A stretch of 64,000 nt of DNA from Syncephalis fuscata S228. Lineage: Eukaryota > Fungi > Zoopagomycota. A program made the position numbers and the translations under genes. Under the pieces are notes generated by a model that saw only the letters and a list, made by a program, of their open reading frames with translations, had not been told where the DNA came from and ran no database searches. The DNA lies in the NCBI GenBank assembly GCA_025786725.1, contig JAHLTZ010000011.1:310001-374000 (forward strand), written 5' to 3'. This document shows positions 20,878 through 33,349 of this stretch, one piece after another; within the stretch, counting starts at the first letter, position 1, and the number at the start of each line of letters is the position of its first letter.

Positions 20878-21991
20878 GATAATTTTTAACTTGTCTAGTA
20901 AATCAAAGACTTGTTCTAAAAAAGTATTCGTAAATAATATTGAGGATGGTGCAGTTTAACGAAAACGTTAGCCAAAAGTGGAGAGTGAATATTGGTAAAA
21001 AGTTTCTTAAGCCTGCGCGGTATTTTATAGCAAATTTCTACCTCAGAAATTGCTGTATTTATGGGTATGCGGCTGTTGCGGAGTCATGTACTAGGTTTAG
21101 TGTAAGGCGGATATTCAACTAACACGGCAATTAGTCTAATGAGGTAATTGCCATGATGGTATACAGCCAGCATAGAAAGCGCAGTTGCTGAATTTAAAAA
21201 TACAAAATTACTTCAAGGTTAAATCGCCATTGCCACATTTATTATATACATCTCTAATAGCAAATCGTGTGTTAAAACACTTATGATTTAAAATAACATA
21301 CACGATCAACAGATTTTAAATATGTCAAGTTAGTCAAGTTGTAAATATAAAATTTAACACTGTTGATACAAAATAAAAAATACTTGATCACAGTCTACTA
21401 CTATGGATCAGTAACGTGTATGGAAAATCATAATTTGAAAACAATCTGAATTTTAATGTAAATCAGGCGATAGTTTAAGAACAGTTTATTTGAACATAAC
21501 AAATGGTATATCCAAACGAAACACTAAATTGTCAATGACCCGATCCAAATTACACACTCAGTTTAGCACTGCGCTACAATCTCCTTGTATAATTTCATCA
21601 TGTAATTGTTGCTTAGTCTAGAGTACATGAAATGTATATATATATATTGCGCAAGTATTCCTTGCTATTTTCACCTAAAAATTAACTTATTATGATTAAA
21701 AAGCAAAAGTGTAGCAAAGTAGCTAGTATAGTAATTAGTCATAACTCTACTTTTTTGTTGTAAAAGCAATACTGTTAATGAATTAGTAAAATAGTGCTAA
21801 ACAAAATCTGCAACCAGCAGATACGGCAATGCCGTTGCGGTTATTTGAAGGTACAAAATGTATAATAAAATGAAGAAAAAATGTTACGAATGTTCATAAA
21901 TATTGGTTAAAAAAATTAGTAACGGTCATTAAAAATGATCATTGTTATTATGTTGTTTAAAATCGATAAACTCCAAGGTAAATTAGCTTTT

Positions 21992-22840
21992 TCAAAACCG
22001 ATCCGATATAATACCACTCAATTATAGACTATCAAAAATATATTTGAAATTCAAAACAGCAGCCAAGTCGCAATGCCACAATCTTGCACCTGTAAAAAGT
22101 TTCATAAGTTTTCTTACAATTTTGGTTTGTGCGCCTACAAACAATCTAGATGTTAAAATAAAATATTCATTTGTATTCAGTCTATAGGTTATAGTACCTT
22201 AGGAGGCCATGACACTTTACTTTTGGGTGATTGCGACGCTGATACAGACGTGGATTATCGATTATTTTAAATGTTTCTAAACTTAGAGCTTGACAAGTAG
22301 GACGGGTTTAGAGCTGTTATACTCATCAATTAAAAGCACATTAAGACCGCTCTTTTGAAGCATACGCTTCAAGTCAGCACTTCAAATAGCTTCTTGAAAC
22401 TTTACATGACTTACAGTCCAGTTACCAAATATCAAAGTAGCATCACTATCAAACTTGGATTTAAACTTATTGGCAAGCTTTTGATCAGCTTGCTGTCGTC
22501 TAATGTACGAAGATGGTTTTAGTTTTCTGAACAGCCAGTTTTATTTGATAGAATGTATATTTGTTTGATAGGCGTAATATGGTGCAAGATATTGGCTGGC
22601 AACAACACGAATGGCGAGATATTTTTCAAAATTAGATAAATTAATAGATTTGGTTTGACATTAAGACAGCAATTATTTTTTCTTTAAACATCGGGGCACT
22701 TTGCTTTCAATTCCAATTTGATTATGCGATACCTCTTGCCTCGGTATCAAAATGTTTTTGATTTGAAGTATATCTGTAGGGCATTGACTCTTGAATGATA
22801 CTGAAGTTATAGTGTGCGTATAAGCAAGATGACTATAAAA
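21992..22840 (-). mobile_element. Fanzor1 (TnpB-like RuvC nuclease) pseudogene, 5'-truncated, with a spliceosomal intron
   Basis: YRYTSNQ..GKRYR; KSINLSNFEKYLAIR; SYIRRQQADQKLANKFKSKFDSDATLIFGNW; MLQKSGLNVLLIDEYNSSK (RuvC-II E); CHGLLR|RTNQNC; RLWHCDLAAVLNF (RuvC-III D); internal stops and frameshifts. Confidence 0.85.
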
Positions 22841-22949
22841 ATACAACTATTGAACCATTGAATTACATTGAATAATTAATAAGTTGTATAATAATTCATT
22901 AGCTGATTTATTATAAAAAGCTGCGCTTTTAATAAAAGAACAAAATAAT

Positions 22950-24991
22950 ATTAAATATAATATATATCTAATTTGTCTGGTCTTTAAATGTTCCTTGATA
23001 CGGAACATAAACAGCATGATTTGATGGCGACCCATTGGCTCCTGAATTAGGATCAAGTATAATATACTCGGAATATGACTATATTTCATGCTTTTGTATA
23101 TCCGTCGGTGTACTAATTTTTATAATAATCTCGTCTTTTTGATAAGGCTGTAAAGTGATTAAATCTGGAAGTGAAACGGTTGTAATTTTAGATAGTTTTG
23201 ATGATGTACCAGTATTAACCATCCTCTGTATTAAAGCCCCAGCAGCTGAAAAAAATGTGAAAGCTTATACGATAATAATGTGGATGATAGAGATGAAATT
23301 TGATTGATGCATTTGCTGTTGCCATGAGTCATTCCTAAATCAATTAAAGACGGCTCAACACAAATGTTTTTAGCATTTACTAATTTGTTAAGATTAATCA
23401 TGCCAGCACCTTAATCTTTTACAAAAGAGTACTCATTTAGATTGTTGTTTTTAATTGGAATTGCATTGTTTTGCAATATAGTTTTTATAGAGTTAACATC
23501 GATTGAACTGTATCGATTAAGTGCAACTGTTAATGCAGCTGCACCAGCGACATAAGCAACAGCAGCCGAGATATCGTTAAAATGACGTTTACTTATTTGT
23601 AAATTAGTAGCGGTAGTGTAGATTTTGTGGCTTAGAGTCAAAATGTCGGAATAGGAAGGCAACATGAAAGGTTAATTCTGCGGCTCAGCTGTATCAACAG
23701 CGAGATTGCCATTTTCAATGTAGACATATTTGCCTGCAAAAATGTATTTGTATCCAAGCTTATTTCTATAATCTTTTTTATAAATAAAGCATCAACTTCT
23801 TTAATACTGAATAAAGGCACATTGCTTTTTTTTTAGAAGGGCCGTTTACAATGATAAGCCCAGCCATTCCAGTTGTTTTTAGCATGCTTTAACAAATAAA
23901 ACATATTTGTGCTATTATACCAAACAAGCTCAATACCTTCTTTTTTAAACTTGTCACAATGTTCATTCAAGGTGTTTTCAGGATTGGTAAGAATGATATT
24001 TATTTTTTTGCTAAAGTTGTATTTCATATTTAAACATGTAGACGTAAACTGAATACAATGTCCGGCTGTTTTTTTTTTCAAACCAATGCGATAAATGATA
24101 TTCTTGTTTGGCACCACCAACGCTCAGTACAGAAAGGTTTTTGTATGAAAGATATGCTTGATACTGAAAATTATGTGGTGTTGCCGCAATAATTATAACC
24201 ACACCTTGTCTTGCGGCATCTTTTATTGCTTGTCTTAGCTTCGTGGTTTTTTATCTATATCAATGTTTTCCGGTAATAGATTTTTTGTTTTATCCTTGGT
24301 TGCAGCTATTATAGCTTGCAATACCAATGAAGTTGAAGTTCGACCTTTGCAGTAAAATATGCGATAGGTGCCAAGTGTCGCCTCAGGTGCAACTCCAGTA
24401 AAATAATTGGTTTTGCAACAGCAATTCCGGCTAGACTTACGCCACGATTATCGCATTTAACTGGACCTACAGTTTTGCTATAATCAAGACTCAAGGTTGC
24501 GATAATATTTATAATTTTCTTTAAATGCAGCAGTGTTTAAATTAATACCAGTATCAATAATCCCAAGTTTCACTTCTTTTCCTTTAAAGCCCATGGCATG
24601 AAATGCTTCAACACCGGTGGACACATAGTAAGGTGTTACATAAACTTGTTTGCCGGTGATTTTGGAACTAATATGAGGGCGTTCAAAGTTGGGTGTTTTA
24701 TGAAAATCTTTATCATATGGTTTGACACTGTCTACAGCAAAGTGTCATGTTGAACAAAGTAGCAACACTGTGAGAATTAACTAATTTTGCGCTTGTCTTG
24801 CTATCATAATGATAATTAACTGCTGTATTAAAAATAATTGCATAAATCAATTGAATAAAAAGGTGTTGACAAAAAGCAAATAAAAAGACGTTGTAAATGG
24901 GGTATAAACATTTTAATAAATGCTTGGCGACCACTTTCAAATTCAGATGACATGATTTTATAAAAGAATAATAGCATGTTTTAGATACCAT
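22950..24991 (-). pseudogene. Subtilisin-like S8 peptidase pseudogene (large type with a C-terminal extension)
   Basis: TGVEAFHAMGFKGKEVKLGIIDTGIN* (catalytic Asp motif); CDNRGVSLAGI (HGT motif degenerate); LSVGG; QANMSTLKMA (GTSM degenerate); *GAGMINL; VYVPYQG; many stops and frameshifts. Confidence 0.8.
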
Positions 24992-25435
24992 TTTAGATTA
25001 TCAAATATGATGTTTAAAGCATGTGTTTATAATAATACTAACAGTAATGCAGTAGTTAAATAGAAGCCACTAATAATTCAATTTTTGCTTGTTTAAATTC
25101 TTCATTCTAGTAACTATCATGTGCTGTTACCTCTTCATTAATTAACCATCATTACTTTTATATAGTTTTATCAAACTAGCTAAACATGACATTATACACC
25201 AATATATATATATATATAGTTTAACAATCGTTGTATATATATTAAATGTATTAAAATATATATAGATTGTTACATGTCATTTCTATGCTTGTTAAATAGC
25301 AATGGATATAATAAAGAGCAATAATATAAATTAAGCGAGTGGCTTTGATTATTTCAAATGCTATTACAATAAAGTTATAATTAATGAAATTAAATGCATG
25401 TTTTAACATATAAACATAATAAAAATTTTATTTAA

Positions 25436-26135
25436 CCAATATCTTGCACCATATTACGCCTATCAAACAAATATACATTCTATCAAATAAAACTGGCTGT
25501 TCAGAAAACTAAAACCATCTTCGTACATTAGACGACAGCAAGCTGATCAAAAGCTTGCCAATAAGTTTAAATCCAAGTTTGATAGTGATGCTACTTTGAT
25601 ATTTGGTAACTGGACTGTAAGTCATGTAAAGTTTCAAGAAGCTATTTGAAGTGCTGACTTGAAGCGTATGCTTCAAAAGAGCGGTCTTAATGTGCTTTTA
25701 ATTGATGAGTATAACAGCTCTAAACCCGTCCTACTTGTCAAGCTCTAAGTTTAGAAACATTTAAAATAATCGATAATCCACGTCTGTATCAGCGTCGCAA
25801 TCACCCAAAAGTAAAGTGTCATGGCCTCCTAAGGTACTATAACCTATAGACTGAATACAAATGAATATTTTATTTTAACATCTAGATTGTTTGTAGGCGC
25901 ACAAACCAAAATTGTAAGAAAACTTATGAAACTTTTTACAGGTGCAAGATTGTGGCATTGCGACTTGGCTGCTGTTTTGAATTTCAAATATATTTTTGAT
26001 AGTCTATAATTGAGTGGTATTATATCGGATCGGTTTTGAAAAAGCTAATTTACCTTGGAGTTTATCGATTTTAAACAACATAATAACAATGATCATTTTT
26101 AATGACCGTTACTAATTTTTTTAACCAATATTTAT
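25436..26135 (+). mobile_element. Inverted duplicate of the 3' part of the Fanzor relic; intron 25834-25896
   Basis: Reverse complement of 21896-22595; carries the FGNW, IDEY, CHGLLR and WHCDLAAVLNF segments. Confidence 0.85.
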
Positions 26136-27550
26136 AAAAAATTAATACTGCATTATCTTTAATACACTTTAATTGTACATATTAGCAAGCACTTGCCATT
26201 ATTTAACAATCATACTAGCCAATAAACAATTTTATTTACATGTATATCATTGAAACAAGTACTCACAGATTTATTATTGCTCGTGACTGCCAATTGTTTT
26301 CTTTTGCCCAATTCTTATCGCCGTCTTTCAGTTTTACAATCCACAATATAACTTCTTGCCTATTATGTATAACATTATACTTACTTGCGGTCAATCTTGT
26401 GCAAACTTGGTTTTTGGCCTTATTTCACCACTACCCCTTATTCTTGTATCCCCCATCGGATTACAGCCGCCTGCAGCAACAGCCAGATCGATACTTGAGT
26501 AAGGAGACAGGTAAGATGTTAATGCAAATGGCACTTACACTACCGCAGCAAATAGCCATAAATTATACTTTCTAAATATTTAGTACTATAATTAATACAT
26601 TCAGCCATCTTTATGGTTTAAAATGCTTTTATGTAGGTACGTACATATGTGTATACATACATGATAACGTACCAATGACAAGTATTAATTTGGCAATAGG
26701 CCACTCACGTCGTGCGCCTACTTGCATCATTACCTGCTTATTTTTCAAGTTATTAGCTTGGCAAAAAGTATTATTAATGGCGTGTTATGGCTAGCATAAT
26801 GATTATAAGCCATTCAATATTTGCTATTCATAATAAACAACACTATTAACAAAGCAACAAAAGCATTTTTATTATTATTATTAGTAGTAGTATTAGTAGT
26901 AGTAGTAGTAGTAGTAAATAAACAGTATTCAATAGGCTTTTGCAGAGGCTTTGGTCATACGACCTTTTTTATAGCCACACGCAACAAGTTTTCGATCACT
27001 GCACCTCTCAAGCGTTTTCATCCTCCGCCAACTGTCTTTTGTCGAATTCTTCTTCCGCTTTTCTTTACCGCCATCGTTGTTCGTCACCGAGTCGCTTTCC
27101 TTGGAATAGTTGGTTTACCATTCGTTTCTGGTTGGATAATTAAGCACGCAACGTGGTTTCTAGTCTTTATTAATACAGTTTATTTATTACTATTGACTCA
27201 TCAGGCATTGCGCCGTTATTTGGCCGTCAATACACCTACTCTTCTACTCGCTCTCTCTCTCTATTTCTCTCTCTATTTCTTCTCCTAATCTAATATTTCA
27301 AAAGCAACTGAATGTGGTACGAATCTATCTAAACTGGTTCGATAGAAGAGGCTTATCTATTGTCTGGGCCTGCGAAGTGTCCCATTGATATCCTGTCCCT
27401 TATTAGTCATCCTGCGCAAGTCATCTGTGTCCCAACGTATACTTTTGTAGAATCTCCTTTATATCTAATACTAAACAACTCCATAGTCTACACGTATATA
27501 GCTACTGGTAGTCTTTAATCTTTTCTTTATTCATTGACCTTGCCGTATCA

Positions 27551-29020
27551 ATGGATTTACTAGTGGAGCTGGCAGGGTCAGATCCTGATCTCAACGGCCC
27601 AGTAGCATTGCCATTGTTTATTGTATGGACGGTAGCTACGCTGGTGTCCATCTACTATCGGCGACGCTATGGCCCGAATATAGGCTATTATAGCGCACTA
27701 GCCATGGCTGCCTTTACCATGGCCATTTTTCACTTTGTTTTATTTTTAACATCCCATAGGATACCATCAGTAGCCATGGCACGCCAAGTGGTGACTGCTC
27801 TTGGCACTCTACTGCTCTGCTGGATATTGATTGCTGTGCTTAATAGCTGGAGCGAGTCCAGACGTGTTATGCGTATACGTCCCGAGGCCGTTAGTCCTAT
27901 TTACCAAGCCAATGGAAAAATCAGCGATCGACCACCAAGATTACCAAAGCTTTCGTTCTTATCCACGCCTATGAATGAATTAGAAGTAATTCATCCACCG
28001 ACTCAGCGTCTTTCTCAGCTTATACCTGAAGCTACTGCACCTTATCGTGTTACATCCTCAGACACTGAGACATTCCCAGCCTACCAGCCACACTATTCGC
28101 AGCCTCGATTCCGTCACTTTACAGCGGCCCTTCAAGTAGCCAATACAACATCATTTGTCGCAGCTATCACTGGTCGTCTCGTGGCCATATTCACCCAAAA
28201 CCCGGATATTGAGCTACCATTTGTTATTATAGCTTGCATTTTTAACGGACTACTTTTAGCCGCTATTCTTGCGTCTTCAGCGTTGTTTTGGCGGGCTAGT
28301 CGTGAAATGAGCCTATTAACACGCCGCCCCTTAATAATCTTGTTTCTTTTAACACTACTACTAATTCCACGTTGTATTTCTCTTGGACTTCGTTCACTGG
28401 ACATTGGCTGGTATCTTGGTTCGGAAGTATTTACAGCAATCTGGCTATTTATTGCTTTATGGCCAGGCATGTTAAAAACAGTGACTGAATTCAACAGCCA
28501 GGAGGACAACACTTTAGAACGGCGCGGTCTAGTGCGTGTAGACCAGTTTTCTACCATCGACACAACATCCAAAGATTTTGAACCCATTAGATTTTCTACA
28601 CGAAGTATAATAGACGGTACAGATACTGGATCACCAATCGATCTACCAACACCTGTATCACCGCGATTTAATGTCACGTCACGACTAGCCCGTACACAGT
28701 CGATGCTCTATGATGCACGACGTACATCATTTGCTAGTCTAAAACGTGTCTATAGTATGGCAGTACCATCAGTATTTACCGATGAATCAGTCGAAGACGA
28801 TGTCAAACCAGAAGAACAATTAATGAAAGAGCGTAAACGGTGGACAATTAATATGGACATAACACAAGGCGAAAGCTTGATAGATATGCTGCAACGCGAC
28901 TTGGATATAGTTATAGATAAAGATAAGATGAAGACAGAATCGTCGGTACAACGACCGCCCACTGCAGCAAAAAGAACAAAGTCCAGAACCAGAACTAAAT
29001 CAAGAACTATACGCGTTTAA
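27551..29020 (+). CDS. Multi-pass membrane protein (~7 hydrophobic segments) with a long polar tail; function unknown
   Basis: 489-aa intronless ORF with several hydrophobic helices and a Ser/Arg-rich tail. Confidence 0.75.
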   Translation: MDLLVELAGSDPDLNGPVALPLFIVWTVATLVSIYYRRRYGPNIGYYSALAMAAFTMAIFHFVLFLTSHRIPSVAMARQVVTALGTLLLCWILIAVLNSWSESRRVMRIRPEAVSPIYQANGKISDRPPRLPKLSFLSTPMNELEVIHPPTQRLSQLIPEATAPYRVTSSDTETFPAYQPHYSQPRFRHFTAALQVANTTSFVAAITGRLVAIFTQNPDIELPFVIIACIFNGLLLAAILASSALFWRASREMSLLTRRPLIILFLLTLLLIPRCISLGLRSLDIGWYLGSEVFTAIWLFIALWPGMLKTVTEFNSQEDNTLERRGLVRVDQFSTIDTTSKDFEPIRFSTRSIIDGTDTGSPIDLPTPVSPRFNVTSRLARTQSMLYDARRTSFASLKRVYSMAVPSVFTDESVEDDVKPEEQLMKERKRWTINMDITQGESLIDMLQRDLDIVIDKDKMKTESSVQRPPTAAKRTKSRTRTKSRTIRV

Positions 29021-29060
29021 TTGAAGATTTCATTTATTTCAAATTAATAAACCTTTAAAA

Positions 29061-29684
29061 TCAATGGCATTTATTAGCCGATAAAAGTGCTTGAAGTGTT
29101 TTGTTCATATCACCATTGTATAAGCATAATTTCTGTTCAGCTACTGGCCGGGTCAATTCAAATTCGTTCATCTATACAGCACATATTATGAATACGCAGT
29201 ATTAATAGCCATACCATCTACTTACTATAAATTCAACCGCGCTATCTTCAAGTGTTTGCTTATTTACTTCCACTTGACTATATCAATTAAGCGTTATTTA
29301 TAATTAGTTAAATAATCACCTATCTAGTTTCTTATTTACCTTTGCATACGTGCGGCTTTACGTTCACGTTCTGTATTGCGAACATCTTTTAAAGCCTACA
29401 CATACACATACACATATAGATTGTATGGTTAGTAAGTGAATCCGTCATAGCCTTACACTTCTTTAACCTACCTTTTCGGTCTTTGACAGTTCGAGCTCGC
29501 CCGATTGCATGTCAGCCAATAAACTGACCATATCGCCCATATCTTTGGTGGCTTGCGCGCCATGTCCCTTCTGTTCAACCTCTTGCTCATCAGCCTGCAC
29601 CGATTGATCTGCAGTAGAGGCTGCTTCGGGAGCAGCAGCTGCTGGCGGTGCAGTTGATTTCTTAGACTTGGATTTTCGAGACAT
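29061..29684 (-). CDS. HYPK-like protein (NAC/UBA-like C-terminus), multi-exon
   Basis: MSRKSKSKK start; ATKDMGDM; ALKDVRNTERERKAARMQ; EDSAVEFI|MNEFELTRPVAEQKLCLYNGDMNKTLQALL. Confidence 0.7.
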
Positions 29685-29757
29685 AATCAAAAAGAACAAA
29701 ATAAAACAAATACTTGATAGTTCAATTTTCTGACTAGTGTCTTTTCTCTTTTTAATT

Positions 29758-31577
29758 ATGCCTACTCCAAAAAAGCAACCTTCTAAAAGTAAAACAACTC
29801 CTAGAAGACGAGGCCGACCACCAGCAACTAAGCAAGATGAATTACCACTCACTGGCCCGTCTATTGAAGTAGAGGATAAATCAATAACTGAACCAGCAAC
29901 GTTGACAGAACAACACTTATCAGTCACCACAAGACGTAAAAGAAAATTAACCATTACTGAACATGACGAGACAGCAACTCAAAGTACAACATTAAACACT
30001 GCAGATAAAGTAATAGTGACAGAAAATGAAGATCCAGTACCGTTAAAACAATCTATTAATTCAAATCGTGGTTGTAAACGTACAAAAACCATAAAAGCTA
30101 TTCAATCAATTGATAAAGAGATAGAAAAGCCGGTAACTGTACATGGTAACGAGAAAGGTAAAGAACATGGTATTCAAACTAGACGACAACGACGACAAAG
30201 CAAAGAGGCCATAGAAAGTCAATTAATAGACAGTAGTGTAGAACATATTATAAATAATGAACAGCAACCATCTAGTAAACAAGTAATTGATAAAGAAGTT
30301 ATAACATCTGGTGTAAAACAGTCAACTAAAACTATACGTAAAAGAGGACGTCAATTAACACAAGACACAGTTGTAGAAGAAGAAGAAGAGGTTGTAAAAG
30401 ATAATAATAATAATAAGTCTATTACATCATTAGTTAATAATAAGCGTGGTCGTAAACAGCAATCTACAACAATTGATAATAGTATTACAAATATTACTAT
30501 ATCCAATGAAGAAAATGATAACAATAACAACAACAACATTGATAGTATCAATACTGATACTGTTAATAATAATAAACAAAATACATTTATTACAGCACCA
30601 ATTCAATCTTCAGTAGGAATAGGACCAAATTATCCCATATTATTACCAGCACCATTACCATTGTCGGTATGGTCACCGGAAACATATAAAGAAGTTGATT
30701 ATTTCTCACGCGATCTACCAGTCCATAGTGTACAACATACAGATCCATTTCGTTTCCGTAAGTAATTATTAGTAAATAAGCAATATAGATATAAATATAT
30801 TCATATAAATTATAGGTAATCTGGCTCATGGTATACGTAAAATGAGCCTATATGGATCAACTGAACAGCGACAGGCCGCCATGTTAGCCTATAAATCGGT
30901 AAGTTATCTATTTATAATAAATATAGAGTAGTAACTATACGCCAATGAATAGATTATAGAGACGTTGGCTACAGATATTGCCGGTAAGTCTGTGATGTTT
31001 ATAGACTACCTTATTAATATACTGTATAATAAATATAGAGGATGATCCAGAAAAAGAAACACTAAAGCGTATTTACGCCTTTCTAAGTTGGACATTTGAA
31101 CCACATGCTTTTAAAAAAGAAGCAGGTCTACCTATGCCTATGCTTATTGATGATGGTAAATATTAGTATTGATATTATGAATTACCAATTAACTAACCAA
31201 TCAATATAATAGATATAAAGCTATTACAAGTATTGTTATTACAAATTAATGCTGAATTACATCATACTGATATGGATGTACAACGACGTCAATTATATCG
31301 ACAATTAAACCGAGTCCAACTAGATCCAACTACCAAACGATTGGTGGATTTAAGTCGACGGAAAGAGGATAATTTCTTACCTCAAGTGGCTAATCCACTA
31401 GGTATTTACGAACAATCTAAGCGGAAATTAGACACATCAATGACACAGACATCGCATAAAAGTATGGAAACATCAACAACAGCATTAAATCAAGGTACAA
31501 TTGAATTAGAAAATAATAATTTAATTAAAAGCGATGTTGACACGGATGACGACAATAATAGTGATGATTCTATGTAA
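29758..31577 (+). CDS. Hypothetical, probably nuclear, protein: AT-hook-like RRRGRPP, long disordered N-terminus, helical C-terminus; multi-exon
   Basis: Long first exon, GT-AG introns, last exon ORF ends at 31577. Confidence 0.65.
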
Positions 31578-31659
31578 TATAATATAATATAATAAATTTA
31601 TTGTTACCATTATTATTAATACTGTTACTTTATTACTTTAATACGATTATTATAACTAG

Positions 31660-33135
31660 CTATCTACGACGACGATCGTGATATCTATCATTATCGTCGT
31701 GTTCTCTTCGGTTTCGATGTCGATTAGACGATGGACTACGTTCACGACTATTACGACGACGAGCATGATGTTGATGATGACGCGGTTCATGTTCATAAGA
31801 CCGTGGCCGTTGATAATGATGACTTGACTCCGATCGGCCAAAATGATGATGATCTCTTTTATCTTTTGACTTTTGTAGTTGATGTTGTTGATCGCGGTCA
31901 TTCGACGTCACTTTATGTTCATTATCTTCTCTTGGTGTTGCCTTAACTGTTCTACCATCGGCATGCTCAAATACCATTTCGTATTGATCGGCATCTTGTC
32001 GACCTTGTCGTTTCATAGCCAATCCTTTTCCGACATCGTCACCGGCGGCTCGTGCTCGACGTGCATTGGTCCAATCGCCGTGTAGTTTACTTACAGATTG
32101 TGAAAAGTCCACTTTAATACGTCGATCATCCACGAGTACATTATCCATTTTAAAATACGCTTCTTCAGCGTGTTCACGCTCTTCAAATTCCACAAATGCA
32201 TAGCATAGCGATTCATTAGTGCGACGGTCACGAATGACTTCACACGATGATATGGCGCCGAATCGAGAAAATATTAATTCTAAATCTTCATCTTGCGTAA
32301 CTGGATTCAATTTACATATAAATAGTACGTTTTCCGGCGGCTTAATATCGGCAAATGGCAAATCACCGACCATTTCAAGGGTAAGTGCGCGGGCCTGTGC
32401 TTCACGTTGTCGTTGACGTGCTAATAACTCCTCTGGTCCCATACCTTCAGGATCATCAATCGATTCATCTTCGCCGAGTCTAACTGTAGCCAGTTGTTCG
32501 GCAGTTGGCATAGGCGATGCATCTGGTACACTAAGACCATGAGGATCGGGAAATGGATCATCCAGTATAATGGTATGTCTAATACGAATATCTCGAAACG
32601 GCTGATGATTATCGTCGCACTGAGCGTCATTAATAAGATCGAGTACTTCAAAGCCTTCAACGATATGACCAAATACTGTGTAGCGGCCATCAAGATAGTC
32701 AAGTTCATCGCCCAGTGTAATAAAGAACTGTGAGCCACTAAGTGCTAATGAAGTGCTTGTATCGCTAGTTTTATCGGCTGTTGTTGTTGCCGTCGTATTA
32801 GTTGAATTATGTTCAGTGGCTACAACAGCCATAGAGACAGTGCCTCGCTTTTTATGTTTAAGTTTTGGATGTATCTCGGCTGGAAAGTAGCGCTTTGCTG
32901 CTCGTTCCTCTGCTGACAGTCCTTCTAATAGACTGAATACGCTTTCACCGCCCTTGCCACTTCCTGTAGGATCGCCAGTTTGAGCGGCAAAATCCTTTTC
33001 AACGCGAAACATTGAACAAAAGTTGTAGTATTTAATCTTGCATAGTTTTAAAAAGTTAAGGCAAGTACGTGGACAACGATCTACTTCGAGATCTATAACC
33101 AAATCGCCTAAAGATGTTTCAAGTAGAACGCTCAT
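31660..33135 (-). CDS. PPIL4: Cyclophilin-RRM peptidyl-prolyl isomerase (PPIL4/Rct1 type)
   Basis: [34 protein letters not shown]; [17 protein letters not shown]...YAFVEFE; RS/H-rich tail. Confidence 0.95.
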   Translation of the reverse strand: MSVLLETSLGDLVIDLEVDRCPRTCLNFLKLCKIKYYNFCSMFRVEKDFAAQTGDPTGSGKGGESVFSLLEGLSAEERAAKRYFPAEIHPKLKHKKRGTVSMAVVATEHNSTNTTATTTADKTSDTSTSLALSGSQFFITLGDELDYLDGRYTVFGHIVEGFEVLDLINDAQCDDNHQPFRDIRIRHTIILDDPFPDPHGLSVPDASPMPTAEQLATVRLGEDESIDDPEGMGPEELLARQRQREAQARALTLEMVGDLPFADIKPPENVLFICKLNPVTQDEDLELIFSRFGAISSCEVIRDRRTNESLCYAFVEFEEREHAEEAYFKMDNVLVDDRRIKVDFSQSVSKLHGDWTNARRARAAGDDVGKGLAMKRQGRQDADQYEMVFEHADGRTVKATPREDNEHKVTSNDRDQQHQLQKSKDKRDHHHFGRSESSHHYQRPRSYEHEPRHHQHHARRRNSRERSPSSNRHRNRREHDDNDRYHDRRRR

Positions 33136-33349
33136 AATGGAATAAAGACAAATACAGAATAATAATAATAATAACAATTGTAATTGATGTTTACAACGCG
33201 TATTAATTGGTTTATTTTTCTTTTCTATTTCAACTTTCTAAGCCACTTTCTTATTGTTGTTTATTAGTGACACTATTCACTATAAACGATATTGATACTG
33301 GTTTAGTGCACTTCAGAACAAAAGGTTTCTGTTTATTTACTTATTCAGT

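Larger units (their letters stand above)
21896..26135. repeat. 700-bp inverted repeat: 21896-22595 and 25436-26135
   Basis: Reverse complement of the left arm matched the right arm in every segment I compared; both arms are 700 bp. Confidence 0.95.

Noticed and set aside
21896-26135. A transposon with 700-bp TIRs carrying a subtilisin cargo
   Set aside because: The arms are internal Fanzor coding fragments, the left copy continues inward past the repeat, and no outer TSD is visible. A templated duplication or artefact fits better.
26870-26916. (TTA)n/(GTA)n microsatellite within ORF 26821-27288
   Set aside because: A simple repeat giving poly-Leu/Val in a spurious ORF upstream of the membrane-protein gene.
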